DNA of 64,000 nucleotides from an uncultured Clostridia bacterium (GCA_963931155.1 OZ006978.1:1428692-1492691); one strand, 5' to 3'. Positions 9,736 to 31,600 are shown, counted from the first letter of the stretch. The notes: generated by a model from the letters alone, not told the origin. Numbers and translations: made by a program.

Positions 9736-10980
9736 TTATTCTGATGTGTCTACTAATAAATAGCTTGACCTTAAATTTACGTTCACTTCTACATCAAAAA
9801 AAGCATCTTTATAATGATGAAGCCAATTATAGTTTTCCCATTCGTCTTGAGTATAAAAATATTTTAAAGCATATAAACCAAATTGATCAATGTCGGCATT
9901 TAGCTCTTTAGAGGTTTTGTATAAATAGTTATAAATCTTTTCCTCTAAAAATGCATTTGCTGACTTTTCTATTTTAGAAGTTGTGGCTTCATCATTTAAA
10001 TCTATGTTTCTGTTCATAGATTGCATTTTAGCATTAACATTTATTTTGGATTTTATATATGGCGTAGAATTTGTTATATAAACAGAACTCTTAGCCTGCT
10101 TTTCTGTTTCTATATACAAATCAATATAATCTAAATTTTCTATAGGACTTGGAATTCTAATTTGGGCATTTTTTAATTTGTTAGAAATAATTAAATGACA
10201 AATTGATTCTAATCCATTTAATTCTCCTACAAATTTATCATCCTTAAAAACGGCTAACCCCATATTTTCAACTCCAGCTTCACCAGAAATTGGTGTTTGA
10301 CCAGCTGTGTAGTATGAATCGTTATTAGAAGATTCGGTTGGTAGTTTCTGTGTTTCGCTAGAATTTATAGAACCTAGTACAGCAACAGGTTCTGCAGAAG
10401 TATATGTCATTGCAGATAAAAATTCATTACAAGTTATACTTTCTGTATAACCTGTGTATTCGCTAGAAGTAGGAGCAATTTCATAATATCTTGCAGAAAC
10501 TTTATCTAAAACGGGAGCAGAATATTCCAAATATGTTTTAGCATCACATTTACTAACAATTATATTAGAATCAGAACGAAATTGTACATCATTAATAAGA
10601 GTATATAAATACTCTTCAATACCTTCTCCTGCAAGCTCTTCGGAAACAACTAAAACCTTACAATGAGATAAATTTACTTCTTTTCCTAGGTAACTGTTAA
10701 ATAATGTAATTCCTGTATTTATAGAAGGACATTCTATTGAATTTACAACAACAGAAGCGGATTGGGATGAATCGCCAGAAGAACTACTACTACTGTTTGG
10801 AAGAGATATTTGAAGACTTAAATTTAAATTCTCGTTGTCTCCAACGTCCAAACCAATAGCAACAACATAAGCTAAGTTATCAATTCCTTTTATTCCATAA
10901 TAATTACTAGATGAAATAATTAAAAGAAGTACTAATATGAAAATTGCAAAAATTTTTCTTGCTTTAAAAGTTTTTTTCAA
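9736..10980 (-). CDS. Spore germination protein, Ger(x)C family lipoprotein
   Basis: Signal peptide, an AYVVAIGLD start motif, the characteristic length (~410 aa), and its position as third gene of a gerA-type operon. Confidence 0.8.
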   Translation of the reverse strand: MKKTFKARKIFAIFILVLLLIISSSNYYGIKGIDNLAYVVAIGLDVGDNENLNLSLQISLPNSSSSSSGDSSQSASVVVNSIECPSINTGITLFNSYLGKEVNLSHCKVLVVSEELAGEGIEEYLYTLINDVQFRSDSNIIVSKCDAKTYLEYSAPVLDKVSARYYEIAPTSSEYTGYTESITCNEFLSAMTYTSAEPVAVLGSINSSETQKLPTESSNNDSYYTAGQTPISGEAGVENMGLAVFKDDKFVGELNGLESICHLIISNKLKNAQIRIPSPIENLDYIDLYIETEKQAKSSVYITNSTPYIKSKINVNAKMQSMNRNIDLNDEATTSKIEKSANAFLEEKIYNYLYKTSKELNADIDQFGLYALKYFYTQDEWENYNWLHHYKDAFFDVEVNVNLRSSYLLVDTSE

Positions 10981-11064
10981 ATTGAAAATCCTCCATCTTT
11001 TTTAATCAAAAAAATTAAAATTCGAAAATTCATAAAATAAGCACAAACCTCAACATATACAAAA

Positions 11065-12153
11065 CTACAACTTTTTCTTTTTTATGTTTGCGAGAATCAG
11101 TATTATTGTAAAGATTACAAAAACGAGGGCTAAAGTACCGTATTTATAAAAAGCATTTGCCACTTTTTCTAATTCAAAAACATTATCAATAATAAGTGCT
11201 ACTACAAATATAAAGCATGAGAATGTTATTGCTAGTGGTTTACTATTTTTCTCTTCCATATTTGTAAGTTTTCTAAATATATTTATACAGAACATTATAG
11301 CAATGCTAATAAAAGACATAAGAGCTAAAGCCCATATAAATATAAAAATAAGTTCTGGTCTTTCTAAAAATCCACTTAACTTGCTATTAACTATAATAAA
11401 GTAAATAGGGGATAATCTAGAAATATAGTATATATCTGAAAATGCAAATACCAATGTGGCAATTGCAAGTATTAATAAAATACCACATATAATCACTGAA
11501 ATATATGCTACCTTAGAGGTATCTTCTTTTTTATTTAATAAAGGTGATATAAAAAATAAAAAGAAAAGCCCATTAAATGCAAATATATTACTTGCTCCAT
11601 ATAAAAATATTTTATCTGCACCATTTGCAAACAATGGAAGTGAATGTTCAAACTTAAACAAATCAACTACAAATATAAAAGTTAATGCTACACTTATAAG
11701 AGCTATTGGTATAATAATTGTATTTGTTTTAATAATTGATTTTCTACCAATAAAATTTGCTACTACTGCTATAAAAAGAAAAATAAATAAGAAAAAAGCA
11801 ATAGGATAATTATTAAAATACAACAATAATAAATTTTTAGAAAACATACGAGTCAAAAAAGCTGTTTCCATTATTAGATACACAATACAAAGAATACCAA
11901 TTAAAACTTTTAAAAATTTACCACCAACATATTCAGAAATGTCAATAATATCTAAACCAGAAAACTTTTTTAAAAGCTTTACAATAAGTATTGTAAAAAT
12001 TAAACCCAAAATAAAAATATAAATGCAATTTAAAATAGAGCTAGTTCCTGAATTATCTAGAATCATTTGAGGCAAATTTAAAACAATATGATTAATAAAC
12101 AAAACAACTATAAGACAAATTGCTTCAAAATTACCAAGTTTTGTATAATTCAT
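11065..12153 (-). CDS. Spore germination protein, GerAB/GerKB family (APC-like 10-TM permease)
   Basis: 362 aa, about 10 TM segments, lying between the gerAA and gerAC homologues. Confidence 0.8.
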   Translation of the reverse strand: MNYTKLGNFEAICLIVVLFINHIVLNLPQMILDNSGTSSILNCIYIFILGLIFTILIVKLLKKFSGLDIIDISEYVGGKFLKVLIGILCIVYLIMETAFLTRMFSKNLLLLYFNNYPIAFFLFIFLFIAVVANFIGRKSIIKTNTIIIPIALISVALTFIFVVDLFKFEHSLPLFANGADKIFLYGASNIFAFNGLFFLFFISPLLNKKEDTSKVAYISVIICGILLILAIATLVFAFSDIYYISRLSPIYFIIVNSKLSGFLERPELIFIFIWALALMSFISIAIMFCINIFRKLTNMEEKNSKPLAITFSCFIFVVALIIDNVFELEKVANAFYKYGTLALVFVIFTIILILANIKKKKL

Positions 12154-12255
12154 AGGCTAACTCCTTTCTTTTAATTATTCTAATATTGCTTAGTTTTTGT
12201 TATTTTAACATCGTTAATTATCCACTTTTTTCAAAAATCAAGATAATATATTTCG

Positions 12256-13955
12256 TTAAATTTTCCATTTCATGCTAATACTTCCTTGTTTATCAGGTCT
12301 TTTCGTGTCTAAAAAATCATCTCTTTTTTCTCTCTTCCATATAGGGTGTGCAAAAATGCCATTGGAAACATTTCCTTTAGAAGGAATATATGGATCTAAA
12401 TAAGAAACACCAAAAGATTGAATATTATTTATCATTATTAAATGAATGAATACTCCCATTGCTATTCCTAGTATGCCAGCGAAATATCCTAATATAATAT
12501 ATAAGAATCTTGCAACTCTACAATGAAATGCCAAATAATAATCTGGAATAGCAAAAGACGTAATTCCGGTTATTGCAACTATTATTATTAAAATAGGACT
12601 GACTATTCCAGCATCAACAGCAGCTTGACCTATGATAAGAGCACCGTATAACACCTATAGTTGGCCCAATAGGAGTAGGAACTCTAAGGCTAGCTTCTCT
12701 GATAAGTTCAAAAGAGACTTCCATAATAATTATTTCGAAAATAATTGAAAATGGTACAGAGGATCTAGATGAAACAATAGCAAAGAGTAGCTCTGTAGGA
12801 ATAAACTCCTGATGAAAGTAAGTTATGGCTACATATATTCCGTGGCAATAGTAATGTAATACAAAGAGCAAAAACTCTAATAAATTTTAAAAGATTAGCA
12901 AATTGAAATTTTATATTTTTATCTTCAGAAGACTCTAAAAAGTCTATAAAAGTTGCAGGAATAATTAATGCATATGGACTTCCATTAACAAGTATAGCAA
13001 TTCTTCCCTCAAGCAAATAAGTACCAGTTTTGTCTGGTCTTTCTGTAGAAATAATTTGAGGAATACTGTATTTACTGTCATCTTCTATTAATTGTTCTAA
13101 TTGTCCGGATGAGATTAAATAATCAATATCAATATTATTTAATCTATATTTAGCCTCAGCAACCAAATCGTTATTTGTAATATTATTTATATAACAAATA
13201 GCACAATTAGTTTGACTAATTTTGCCTATCTTAACACTTTCAATTATTAAATTTTCGTTATTTACAATTCTTCTTATCAAAGTGGTATTTATACGTATAT
13301 TTTCAACAAAAGCTTCTTGAGGACCTCTAATAACTACTTCATTTTCAGGTTTTGCAACACTTCTAAACTGAAATCCTTTTATGTCTATATCAAATGCAAT
13401 ATTTAAAGTATCTATAAATAAAGCACAAGCACCAGAATTTATACTATTAAAAATGTCCTTAAAATCGTGCCTTATTTTTAAATTATTTTGAGGCAATAAA
13501 TTGTTATAAATATAATCCTTTAAATCAAATTTTTTTACTTTTCTAACAGTTATATTATTCGTAACTGCTTCAGAAACAACTTGGGTTTGATTTCCTTCAA
13601 ATGAGTTAGATTGGTTTTTTAACATTAAAGGTTTTAGCACATAATTATTAATTAAATCTATACTAACCATTCCATCTACAAAAAGAAGAAAAGCTCTATA
13701 TTGTCTGTTTCTTGCAGAAAGGGTAAATTCTCTTAAAATAATATCACTATTAATTAAAAGATTATATTTAGTCTTTATATATTCTATATTCACATCTATA
13801 CTTGAAAAAATCTCTTTTGCATCATCTATTGTATTAAAAGTTTCGTTTGCAACTTTATTGTTACTTATAGAATTATCCTCAGCAGGAAGTGTAAACTTAA
13901 GAGAGTCTTCCTCTACAGGAGCAAACACATCTTTTAATATATCCATGAACTTCAT
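12256..13955 (-). pseudogene. GerAA-family germinant receptor A subunit, interrupted by two frameshifts across three ORFs (13955-12765, 12871-12614, 12654-12256)
   Basis: The N-terminal domain (..TERPDKTGTYLLEGRIAILVNGSPYALIIPATF..), the middle region (YVAITYFHQEFIPTELL..FELIREASLRVPTPIGPTIG) and the C-terminal TM domain (LYGALIIGQAAVDAGIVSP..) lie in three consecutive frames. The second shift maps to a TT/TTT homopolymer near 12650. Confidence 0.75.
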
Positions 13956-14103
13956 AGTATATAAATTAATCTCCTTTTTAAGTAATTTGTTTTATAATAT
14001 ATTTTCCTAAAAAAAATAATTTATGTAAAAAAATAAAAAATATAGTAATTTTTATTTTTTTATGATATACTCAATTTATAAATTTTTTAAATGGGAGGAA
14101 TTT

Positions 14104-14769
14104 ATGAAAACAAGTAATATTGTAATATTTTTAATAGTTGTAATTATTATAGCTGGAATATTTGGTTTTGCTATATGGGATATGAAAGATGAAACAGAAA
14201 CTATAGAAGAAAATAGTATCTTAAATTCTACAAATTCTGATGTGTTAATTCTAAACGAAACTCAAAATGGAAATTTAATAATAACTGAACCATCAAATAC
14301 ATTAAACCAGGATAATAACTCAATGCAAAATTTAAATATGTACAAAGGTGAATGGTATATTAGTCAAGAGGAATATGCTAATGAAGAGCGAATAGATGAA
14401 TTAATGGATAGAAGAGAAGACCATCTAATTACAGATGAAGAATTTGAAAACCAACTACAAACATTAAAAAATGATGAGTTTGCTGAATTAGATGTTGATG
14501 AGTATTTTGGAAATTCTATAAAATTTGATTTTGAATTAACAGGACCTGCACCAACACAAAGAGTTGCAAGAATAGAGGATATGGTTGTAGAATTAAACAA
14601 TAATGTAGGAACTTTTACATATATTGATAATTGGGGAACAAGTGGAAATGGAACAATAACATTAAAAGATAACCAAATAGAATTAAAACTAGAAACAACT
14701 AAAGTAAACCAAGGCACATTATGGGGAGTAGAAGGCTCATATACATTTTCATTTAGATTAGGTGACTAA
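14104..14769 (+). CDS. Hypothetical N-terminally anchored protein (acidic/Asn-rich ectodomain)
   Basis: GGAGG RBS then ATG at 14104 (the track ORF starts earlier at 14062 with no RBS). Single TM. A terminator follows. Confidence 0.55.
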   Translation: MKTSNIVIFLIVVIIIAGIFGFAIWDMKDETETIEENSILNSTNSDVLILNETQNGNLIITEPSNTLNQDNNSMQNLNMYKGEWYISQEEYANEERIDELMDRREDHLITDEEFENQLQTLKNDEFAELDVDEYFGNSIKFDFELTGPAPTQRVARIEDMVVELNNNVGTFTYIDNWGTSGNGTITLKDNQIELKLETTKVNQGTLWGVEGSYTFSFRLGD

Positions 14770-14830
14770 TTTAACGCGAAAAAATATTTGTCTGAAAGTA
14801 TATAGGCATAATAAAGAACTAAAATTAAAA

Positions 14831-14878
14831 ATAAATAGCATTTTACTAAAAAAGTAAAATGCTATTTATTTTTTAACT
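14831..14878 (+). terminator. Rho-independent terminator
   Basis: AAATAAATAGCATTTTACT-loop-AGTAAAATGCTATTTATTT then a T-run. Confidence 0.75.
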
Positions 14879-15065
14879 TACTTAAATGTCAGAATCAATT
14901 AGTTCATTAAGATTTAATCTATTTATATTACAGAAATATTACAGAAATATGACATTTTTGTAAACGGCTTTTTTTCTTATTTCTAAAAATGTTGAAAAAT
15001 CAAGGAAAATACAATTCGCTGTAATGTTTGCTAAAAATTGACAGTTCTTTTTTTCGACAAAAGTA

Positions 15066-15094
15066 TTGAAAAAAATTTTCTTTATCGATATAAT
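15066..15094 (+). promoter_or_regulatory. Sigma-A-like promoter for the surface-protein/F1-like ATPase operon
   Basis: TTGAAA, 17 nt, TATAAT, about 80 nt upstream of the RBS/ATG at 15172. Confidence 0.45.
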
Positions 15095-15156
15095 ATGATT
15101 ACATCGATTAGATTGGAGAAAAGCGGAATAAATCTTAAAGAGAAACATCAAGATAA

Positions 15157-22039
<6,883 letters not shown>

Positions 22040-22043
22040 ATAA

Positions 22044-22301
<258 letters not shown>

Positions 22302-22308
22302 AAGGTGA

Positions 22309-23163
<855 letters not shown>

Positions 23164-23183
23164 AGAAAGGAGAACATTTAGTT

Positions 23184-24542
23184 GTGGGGACACATATTGA
23201 AGATTTAGTAAATCAAAAAGTAGAACAGATAAAAAATAAAGAAAACATTTTTGACTCTGGAACAGTTATAAAAGTAAAAGATTATATAATAGAAGTTTCT
23301 GGACTTGAAAATGTAACATACTTTGAAAAAGTAACTATTTGGGAAAAAGGAATGGGGTATGTAAATCAAATAAACGAAAACTCTGTTACAGTTGCAATTG
23401 TTAAGGAGAATGCCCCAATAAAAATAGGAGATATAGTAAAAACAACAGGAGAACAATTTAAAGCAGTATTCGCAAAAGAAGCAATTGGTAGAATAGTAGA
23501 TATATTTGGAACAGATTTATTGTCTGGAAAAGCATTTGAAAAAATAAAATATATAAATATAGAAAACGAAACTATTCCAATAATGGATCGTAGAGAAGTT
23601 AAAAGACCAATGCTTACAGGTATTGCAGGTATAGACTTAATATACCCAATAGGAAAAGGACAAAGACAATTAATAATAGGAGATAAAAAAACAGGAAAAA
23701 CTCAAATTGCTCTAGATACTATAGTAAATCAAGGCTCAGAAAGAGCAGAAAGTGAAAATGATGTAGTTTGCATATATATAGCAGTTGGAAAAACAAAAAA
23801 AGAAATAAAAACAATATATAATGAACTTCTAAAAAGAGGTGCATTATCATATACCACTATGGTAGTTGCTACTAATGATGATAAACAACCAGTAGTAAGT
23901 TTAATTCCTTTTGTTGGACTTTCTATAGCAGAAGAATACATGAAAATGAAAAAAGATGTAATAGTTGTAATAGATGACTTAAAAAAACATGCTGATACTT
24001 ACAGAGAAATAAGCTTAATTTCAGGAAAAACACCTGGTAGAGAAGCATACCCAGCAGATATATTCTATCTTCATGCAAGACTTCTAGAAAAAGGATGTCA
24101 ATATAAAAATGGTGGTTCAATAACAATACTGCCAATAGTAGAGACCAAAGGTGGAGATATAACAGACTATATTTCAACAAATATTATATCAATTACAGAT
24201 GGACAAATAGTTATGTCTGAAAAAGAATTTGCAAAAGGAAACAAACCAGCTATAAACTATAAAAACTCTGTTTCTAGACTAGGAGGAGCAGTTCAAAAAC
24301 CAGAAATTAAAAGCTTAGGAGCACAAATAAGAAGAACATTCTTAAGCTATCTAGAAACAAAAGAAGTTTATGAACTAGCAAATATGGATGAAATGACAGA
24401 AGAATTAAGAAACAAAATGAAAATAGGAGCACAAATACAAGAAGCATTAAACCAACCTAAGTTTATGCCATTATCTAATGAAGAAATAATAGATAAGTTT
24501 GAAGCAATAGTAAAACAGGAAGGATATACAAATGAAAATTAA
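23184..24542 (+). CDS. F1 ATPase alpha-subunit-like protein
   Basis: P-loop GDKKTGKT (alpha-type), KTPGREAYPADIFYLHARLLE (alpha signature), 452 aa, GTG start with RBS. Confidence 0.88.
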   Translation: MGTHIEDLVNQKVEQIKNKENIFDSGTVIKVKDYIIEVSGLENVTYFEKVTIWEKGMGYVNQINENSVTVAIVKENAPIKIGDIVKTTGEQFKAVFAKEAIGRIVDIFGTDLLSGKAFEKIKYINIENETIPIMDRREVKRPMLTGIAGIDLIYPIGKGQRQLIIGDKKTGKTQIALDTIVNQGSERAESENDVVCIYIAVGKTKKEIKTIYNELLKRGALSYTTMVVATNDDKQPVVSLIPFVGLSIAEEYMKMKKDVIVVIDDLKKHADTYREISLISGKTPGREAYPADIFYLHARLLEKGCQYKNGGSITILPIVETKGGDITDYISTNIISITDGQIVMSEKEFAKGNKPAINYKNSVSRLGGAVQKPEIKSLGAQIRRTFLSYLETKEVYELANMDEMTEELRNKMKIGAQIQEALNQPKFMPLSNEEIIDKFEAIVKQEGYTNEN

Positions 24543-25305
24543 AAGTGTAGTAAAAGTAATGAATTTTCATTCTTTGTTAAAGGTAGATAAAGCTAGACGT
24601 AGAGCAGAAAAATACTTTGCTTATGAAAAAGGTTTAACAGACTTTGTTGATAATATATTAAATAATAGAAATTTAATATTAGACAAAAAAATGTTAAAAC
24701 TAGATAAAAAACAAAAACCTTTAAACATATATATTGGAAACGATTTAGGATTTTGTGGTAACTTTAATTCAAATGTAAATAGAGAAGCACGTTTAGACAA
24801 AGAAAGTAATAAAATAATAATTGGAAAAAAAATATTAAATGGTAAATCAAATGTGCTTCTAGCTCTTACAAAAGAAGAATATTTACAAAATACAAAGCAA
24901 ATAGAAGATTTAATATATGATCAAATTGTAAATTCTAAAATAAGCGAAATGAATTTAATATATAATCATTACTATAATATTAGTAAAATAGAATTAGTAA
25001 AAAGAAAAATATTACCATTAGAAGAAGAAACATATACAACAAAATCACATAAAGAAGATTTTGCAATAGAAGGAGATATAAACGATATATTAATAAATAT
25101 AATTGCTATGTATTTATCATATGAAATTAGAGTTGCAACAGAAAATAGCTATGCATCAGAAAATGTGGCAAGGCAAATGCTAACAAAAGAATCTTTAAAG
25201 AAAATTGACGAAATTGAAGAAGAAGAATTAAGAGTAAGCAGAAAAGAGAAAAACGCAAAAAGCTTTAAAAAAGTTGTAGAAAACTATATAAAATTACAAA
25301 ATTAA
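24532..25305 (+). CDS. F1 ATPase gamma-subunit-like protein
   Basis: N-terminal IKSVVKVMNF..KVDKARRRAE helix, a GFCGNFNSN motif (compare the gamma GLCGGFNSN), and a C-terminal ASENVARQM helix (compare the gamma ASEHAARM). Confidence 0.8.
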   Translation: MKIKSVVKVMNFHSLLKVDKARRRAEKYFAYEKGLTDFVDNILNNRNLILDKKMLKLDKKQKPLNIYIGNDLGFCGNFNSNVNREARLDKESNKIIIGKKILNGKSNVLLALTKEEYLQNTKQIEDLIYDQIVNSKISEMNLIYNHYYNISKIELVKRKILPLEEETYTTKSHKEDFAIEGDINDILINIIAMYLSYEIRVATENSYASENVARQMLTKESLKKIDEIEEEELRVSRKEKNAKSFKKVVENYIKLQN

Positions 25306-25336
25306 AAAAACTATAAAGAAAAAGAATAAAAGATAA

Positions 25337-26999
<1,663 letters not shown>

Positions 27000-27085
27000 A
27001 AATCGACAAATCTAAAATTTAAATTAAATAATAAAAAATTTAAATGAAACTCATCTTTTAAGGACAAGTCTTAGATAAATAATAA

Positions 27086-27643
<558 letters not shown>

Positions 27644-27648
27644 AAAAT

Positions 27649-28452
27649 ATGAGAAGTGAAAACAATAAGAAAGTAAATAAGCCAAATAATAAGGTTGATA
27701 GAACAGTAAAAAATGGTGCAAGAGCACAAAAAAGAAAAAAAGAAAAAAAAGTTATAAAAAAAGAAACTGTATTTAGATTAATCTTAATACTAATATTATT
27801 AGTAGCAATAGTGGGAATAGGAATGTATATAACAAGACTAAATACAGACTTTATAGAAAATTACAATTTCTATCAATATATAGGAGGTAGAAAAATTTCT
27901 TATGAAGGTGCTTTAAAAATAACAAGCAAAGGGGAAATAACAGAACTTACAACAACAAATATGAATATCCAGTTAGATTCAACACCTTTATACTATGTAG
28001 ATGTAAACAATAAAGCATTATTTCCATCAAATATGGAATTAGTAATTCCAAGTACAAATGGACAAGTATATAAAATAAATAGATTTTCAAGTGTATATAC
28101 AGAAAGTGGTGTAGCATATTTAGAATATAGAGACAAAACGAAAGAATTACCAGAATCATTCATATTTGACGGTTCTAACTTATATCTATTCTTAGATAAT
28201 GCAACATTGGAAGTAGATGATAAAGAATATGAACTAACACCTTTATCATATGTTGTAGCATATAACAAATCTAGTATAGAAATATATAACAAATCAAAAG
28301 ACAAATATGAAATAATAAAAACAGACGGATATGGTATAGTAAAAACAGATGACTACACTATAAATGTAAGTTTAGACACTATAAAATACGGAGACAGAGA
28401 ACAACTTTTATTAAAAAGATTCGATGATTTACAAATATTTAATTTTGATTAG
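27649..28452 (+). CDS. 267-aa N-terminally anchored protein carrying the same membrane-proximal domain as the large surface proteins
   Basis: Basic N-terminus, a TM (LILILILLVAIVGIGMYI), and a domain with a DGSNLYLFLDN...SSIEIYN pattern matching the N-terminal regions of the 1784-aa, 496-aa and giant proteins. Confidence 0.65.
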   Translation: MRSENNKKVNKPNNKVDRTVKNGARAQKRKKEKKVIKKETVFRLILILILLVAIVGIGMYITRLNTDFIENYNFYQYIGGRKISYEGALKITSKGEITELTTTNMNIQLDSTPLYYVDVNNKALFPSNMELVIPSTNGQVYKINRFSSVYTESGVAYLEYRDKTKELPESFIFDGSNLYLFLDNATLEVDDKEYELTPLSYVVAYNKSSIEIYNKSKDKYEIIKTDGYGIVKTDDYTINVSLDTIKYGDREQLLLKRFDDLQIFNFD

Positions 28453-28496
28453 ATGTTTTTAGAGATGCTTTTGGGAAATGTTTGAGGAGACGCTTT

Positions 28497-28545
28497 TGAA
28501 ACGGTTCTTAAAACGATTTTCAAAAGCATCTTTTTTTGTGTAAAA
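28497..28545 (+). terminator. Rho-independent terminator ending the 15172-28452 operon
   Basis: GCTTTTGAAA...TTTCAAAAGC hairpin nested in AGATGCTTTTG..CAAAAGCATCT, followed by a T7 run. Confidence 0.65.
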
Positions 28546-28563
28546 AATATAAAAAAGAGTATT

Positions 28564-28590
28564 CCAATTTGAAATAATTATGATATAATA
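28564..28590 (+). promoter_or_regulatory. Promoter of giant gene copy 1 (extended -10 TGaTATAAT with TTCCAA -35)
   Basis: The same promoter block recurs upstream of copy 3 (50734-50761) and, in variant form, at 38090-38118 and 39498-39526. Confidence 0.5.
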
Positions 28591-28658
28591 AAAATGCCAT
28601 CGGGGACAGTGAAGTGACCCCATTGGCACAGCAAACAAGAGAAAAGGAGATTAGAAAA

Positions 28659-31600
28659 ATGAGAAAAGCTAAAAACCGTATGGCTCTAGAGAGAGAGAGA
28701 GAGCTACACTATTAAATAACCTACCAGTATTCATACTAGTAGGAATAGTTGTAATGCTAATAATACTAGTAGTAATATATTATATATTTTTAAGATATTC
28801 ACCAGAGCAAATAATAACATATAGTGGGTATGCAATAGAAGGAAAAGAGATGGTGGAGAACTTAAAGAGCAGTGATAAGTCCAAGTTAGCACCATACTTG
28901 GGCTTAATTGCTGTGCAAGAGAATGATTTGATATATAAAAAATTAAATTCATATTACATAGGAGAAGATGATAAAAAAGAAATAGACATAAATTATCCAA
29001 TATACATAAATGAAGGAAATGCACTTTTAAACTTAGGAGAGAACACAAAACTAATAACAGTAAATTATGAAGAAGTAGAAGGTTATCCAGACTTCATGAT
29101 GGCAGATGGAGTAATGTATAATGGAGCTGATATAACAAGAGCAGATGGAAATAAGTATTTATTCCTAAAAAGTGAAGATGAAATATATACAAATGTAGAA
29201 CCGATAACAATAACAACATCAACAGGAAAGTATACAATAAAAGAATATAGTAACATATATTTTGCAGAAGACCATATAGCATATTATGAAATGGAAGGCA
29301 TGCAAGGAAAAAACGAGCAAAATGAAAATAATGAAGAAAATAAACAAAACAATAATTTAAAAGATAGTTATTTAGAATATAAGCAAATAAAACCAATAGA
29401 CCCAGATTCAAAAACAAAGATAAATGGAGAAACAATAACATATAAAACATTACTAGAGAGACTAGAGATTTTGCAAACCGAAGAAAGCAACAATGAAAGT
29501 AATAACAACAAAGAAAATGCAACAAACGAAACAAAAGAAGACGATCTAAAAAATACGACAAACGAAGAGAACACAATTGCAGAAGAAACTACAGGACAAA
29601 ACAGTAATATAAGCAATAATCAAAATACGACAGACACAGAAAATAACAATAGCGACAAGGATGAAGACGAATGGCAAGAAGGAATGTGGGAAAAACCAGA
29701 AGTAAGCTGTACAGACTTTGAAAGTGATGTATATACAATAAGAACAAATCTATCAGTAAGAGATAGAGCAGGAGTTATAACAAGAGGAATAACATTTGAA
29801 ATATATCTAGATGGAAGACTAAATAGAAGAGTACAAGCTAGCCAAGCGGGAACACTAGAAATAACAAACTTACAACCAAGTTCAGAGTATGAGATAAGAG
29901 GAATATTTTATTACAATGATGAAAACGGAGTAGAACAAGAAGAAGAGTTTTACACAGGAAAAGTAACAACAAAATCAATAGATACATTAGGAACATTAGA
30001 CTTTAGCTTCCAAAATGGAAAAATATATTCAAATAAAATAGAATTAATACACTTGAAATTAAACAATGCCTTAAATGAAGAAGTAGTAAGAGGAATATCA
30101 AGGGTACAAGTAGAAATAGGAGATGCAGCATATAGATTAACAAATGCACAAATAGATGAATTAAAAGCAGGAAAAGAAATAACATATCAAACAAGTGAAA
30201 ACTTAACATCAAATAGTAAGATAAAATATGAAATAACAGCATTTGATAGATATGGAAATGAATTAAAAGAGAAGAACAACACAGGAGAAACAATAACATC
30301 AAAACAAGCACCAACATCAAGTATAAGAGTAACAAAACAAGATGTAACAGAAGTAGACTTAGAAATAACACTTACAAATAAAGATAATGTAAGTTTAGAA
30401 AACTATAGATATGAGATAACAAATCAAAGTGGAGATGTAGTAAAACAAGGAACACTAGGCAACAATGGAGTAGCAAGCAATGGAAACAAAGATGAATTAG
30501 CATTTACAGACTTAGACCCTAATGGATATTATCAAATAGTAATCTATGGAGATTATGACTTAGAAAATGGAGAAGGAAAACATCAAAATAGTGAACTAGG
30601 AAGAGGAAGCTTTGTAACAAGACCAATAGCATCACTAGGATATATGCAAGTGAAAATAGACGACAAAGAAGTAACACAAGATAGCATGAATCTTGGAATA
30701 AGTATAGATACAGTACAAACAGATGCAAGATTAGTAGCAATATTAAATAAAGTTGAAGTAGTAATCTATGACCAAGGAAAAAACACAGATAACGGTTCTG
30801 ATGAAAACAATGGACAATCAGAAGAAGAAACACAGGGAACAGAAATAAAGAGAATAACTCTAACAGATGAAGAAGTAGAAAAACTAAAAACATCAGAAGA
30901 AATAGAACTAAATCTAGAACAACTAACATCAAATACAAAATACAGAATAGATGTAATCACAACAGTAAAACAAGGTTCAGTTGAAGAAGTAGTAGAAGAT
31001 AAACAAAACATAGACCAAATAATAACACTAAAAATGCCAGCAGAAGTACAAATAAGAAACCAATTTGTAATAGGAACAATGATAGACCTAGACATGAGAA
31101 TAGAAGATATAGATGGAGCAGATTTAGTAGATAAAGTAAGAATAGAAGTAAGAGATAAAGACAATAAGTTAGTAGACTTAAGTGAAATGGCAACAAACCA
31201 AGATTATGAAAGAAAAACATATGAAGGACTAACACCAAATGAAACGTATACAATACTGGTATATGCACCACAATACAATGAAGGAAGCACAGATGCAACA
31301 TATAAAGCAGATTACTTATTAAAAAAGATAGAAATAGTAACAGAAACAGGAATAAGTGGAAAGTTAGATTTAATAGGACTAGAAAAAACACCAACAGGAA
31401 AGAATTTAATAGATGTAAGTTCTAAAGTAAATTGGTTTGTTTCTTGTTTTAATATAGGAAACTATAATTATCCAATAAGTTATGATGAAAATACAAATAT
31501 ACTTACGTTTTTAGGTACAAATCAATGGAGTTTAAGCTGCATGTATTATGATTTAAGCAAATATATTGGAAAAGAAATAACAGTAAGTTTTAAAGCAAAA

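Noticed and set aside
11456-11809. 117-aa plus-strand ORF antisense to gerAB
   Set aside because: It lies entirely inside a well-supported minus-strand permease gene and has no RBS.
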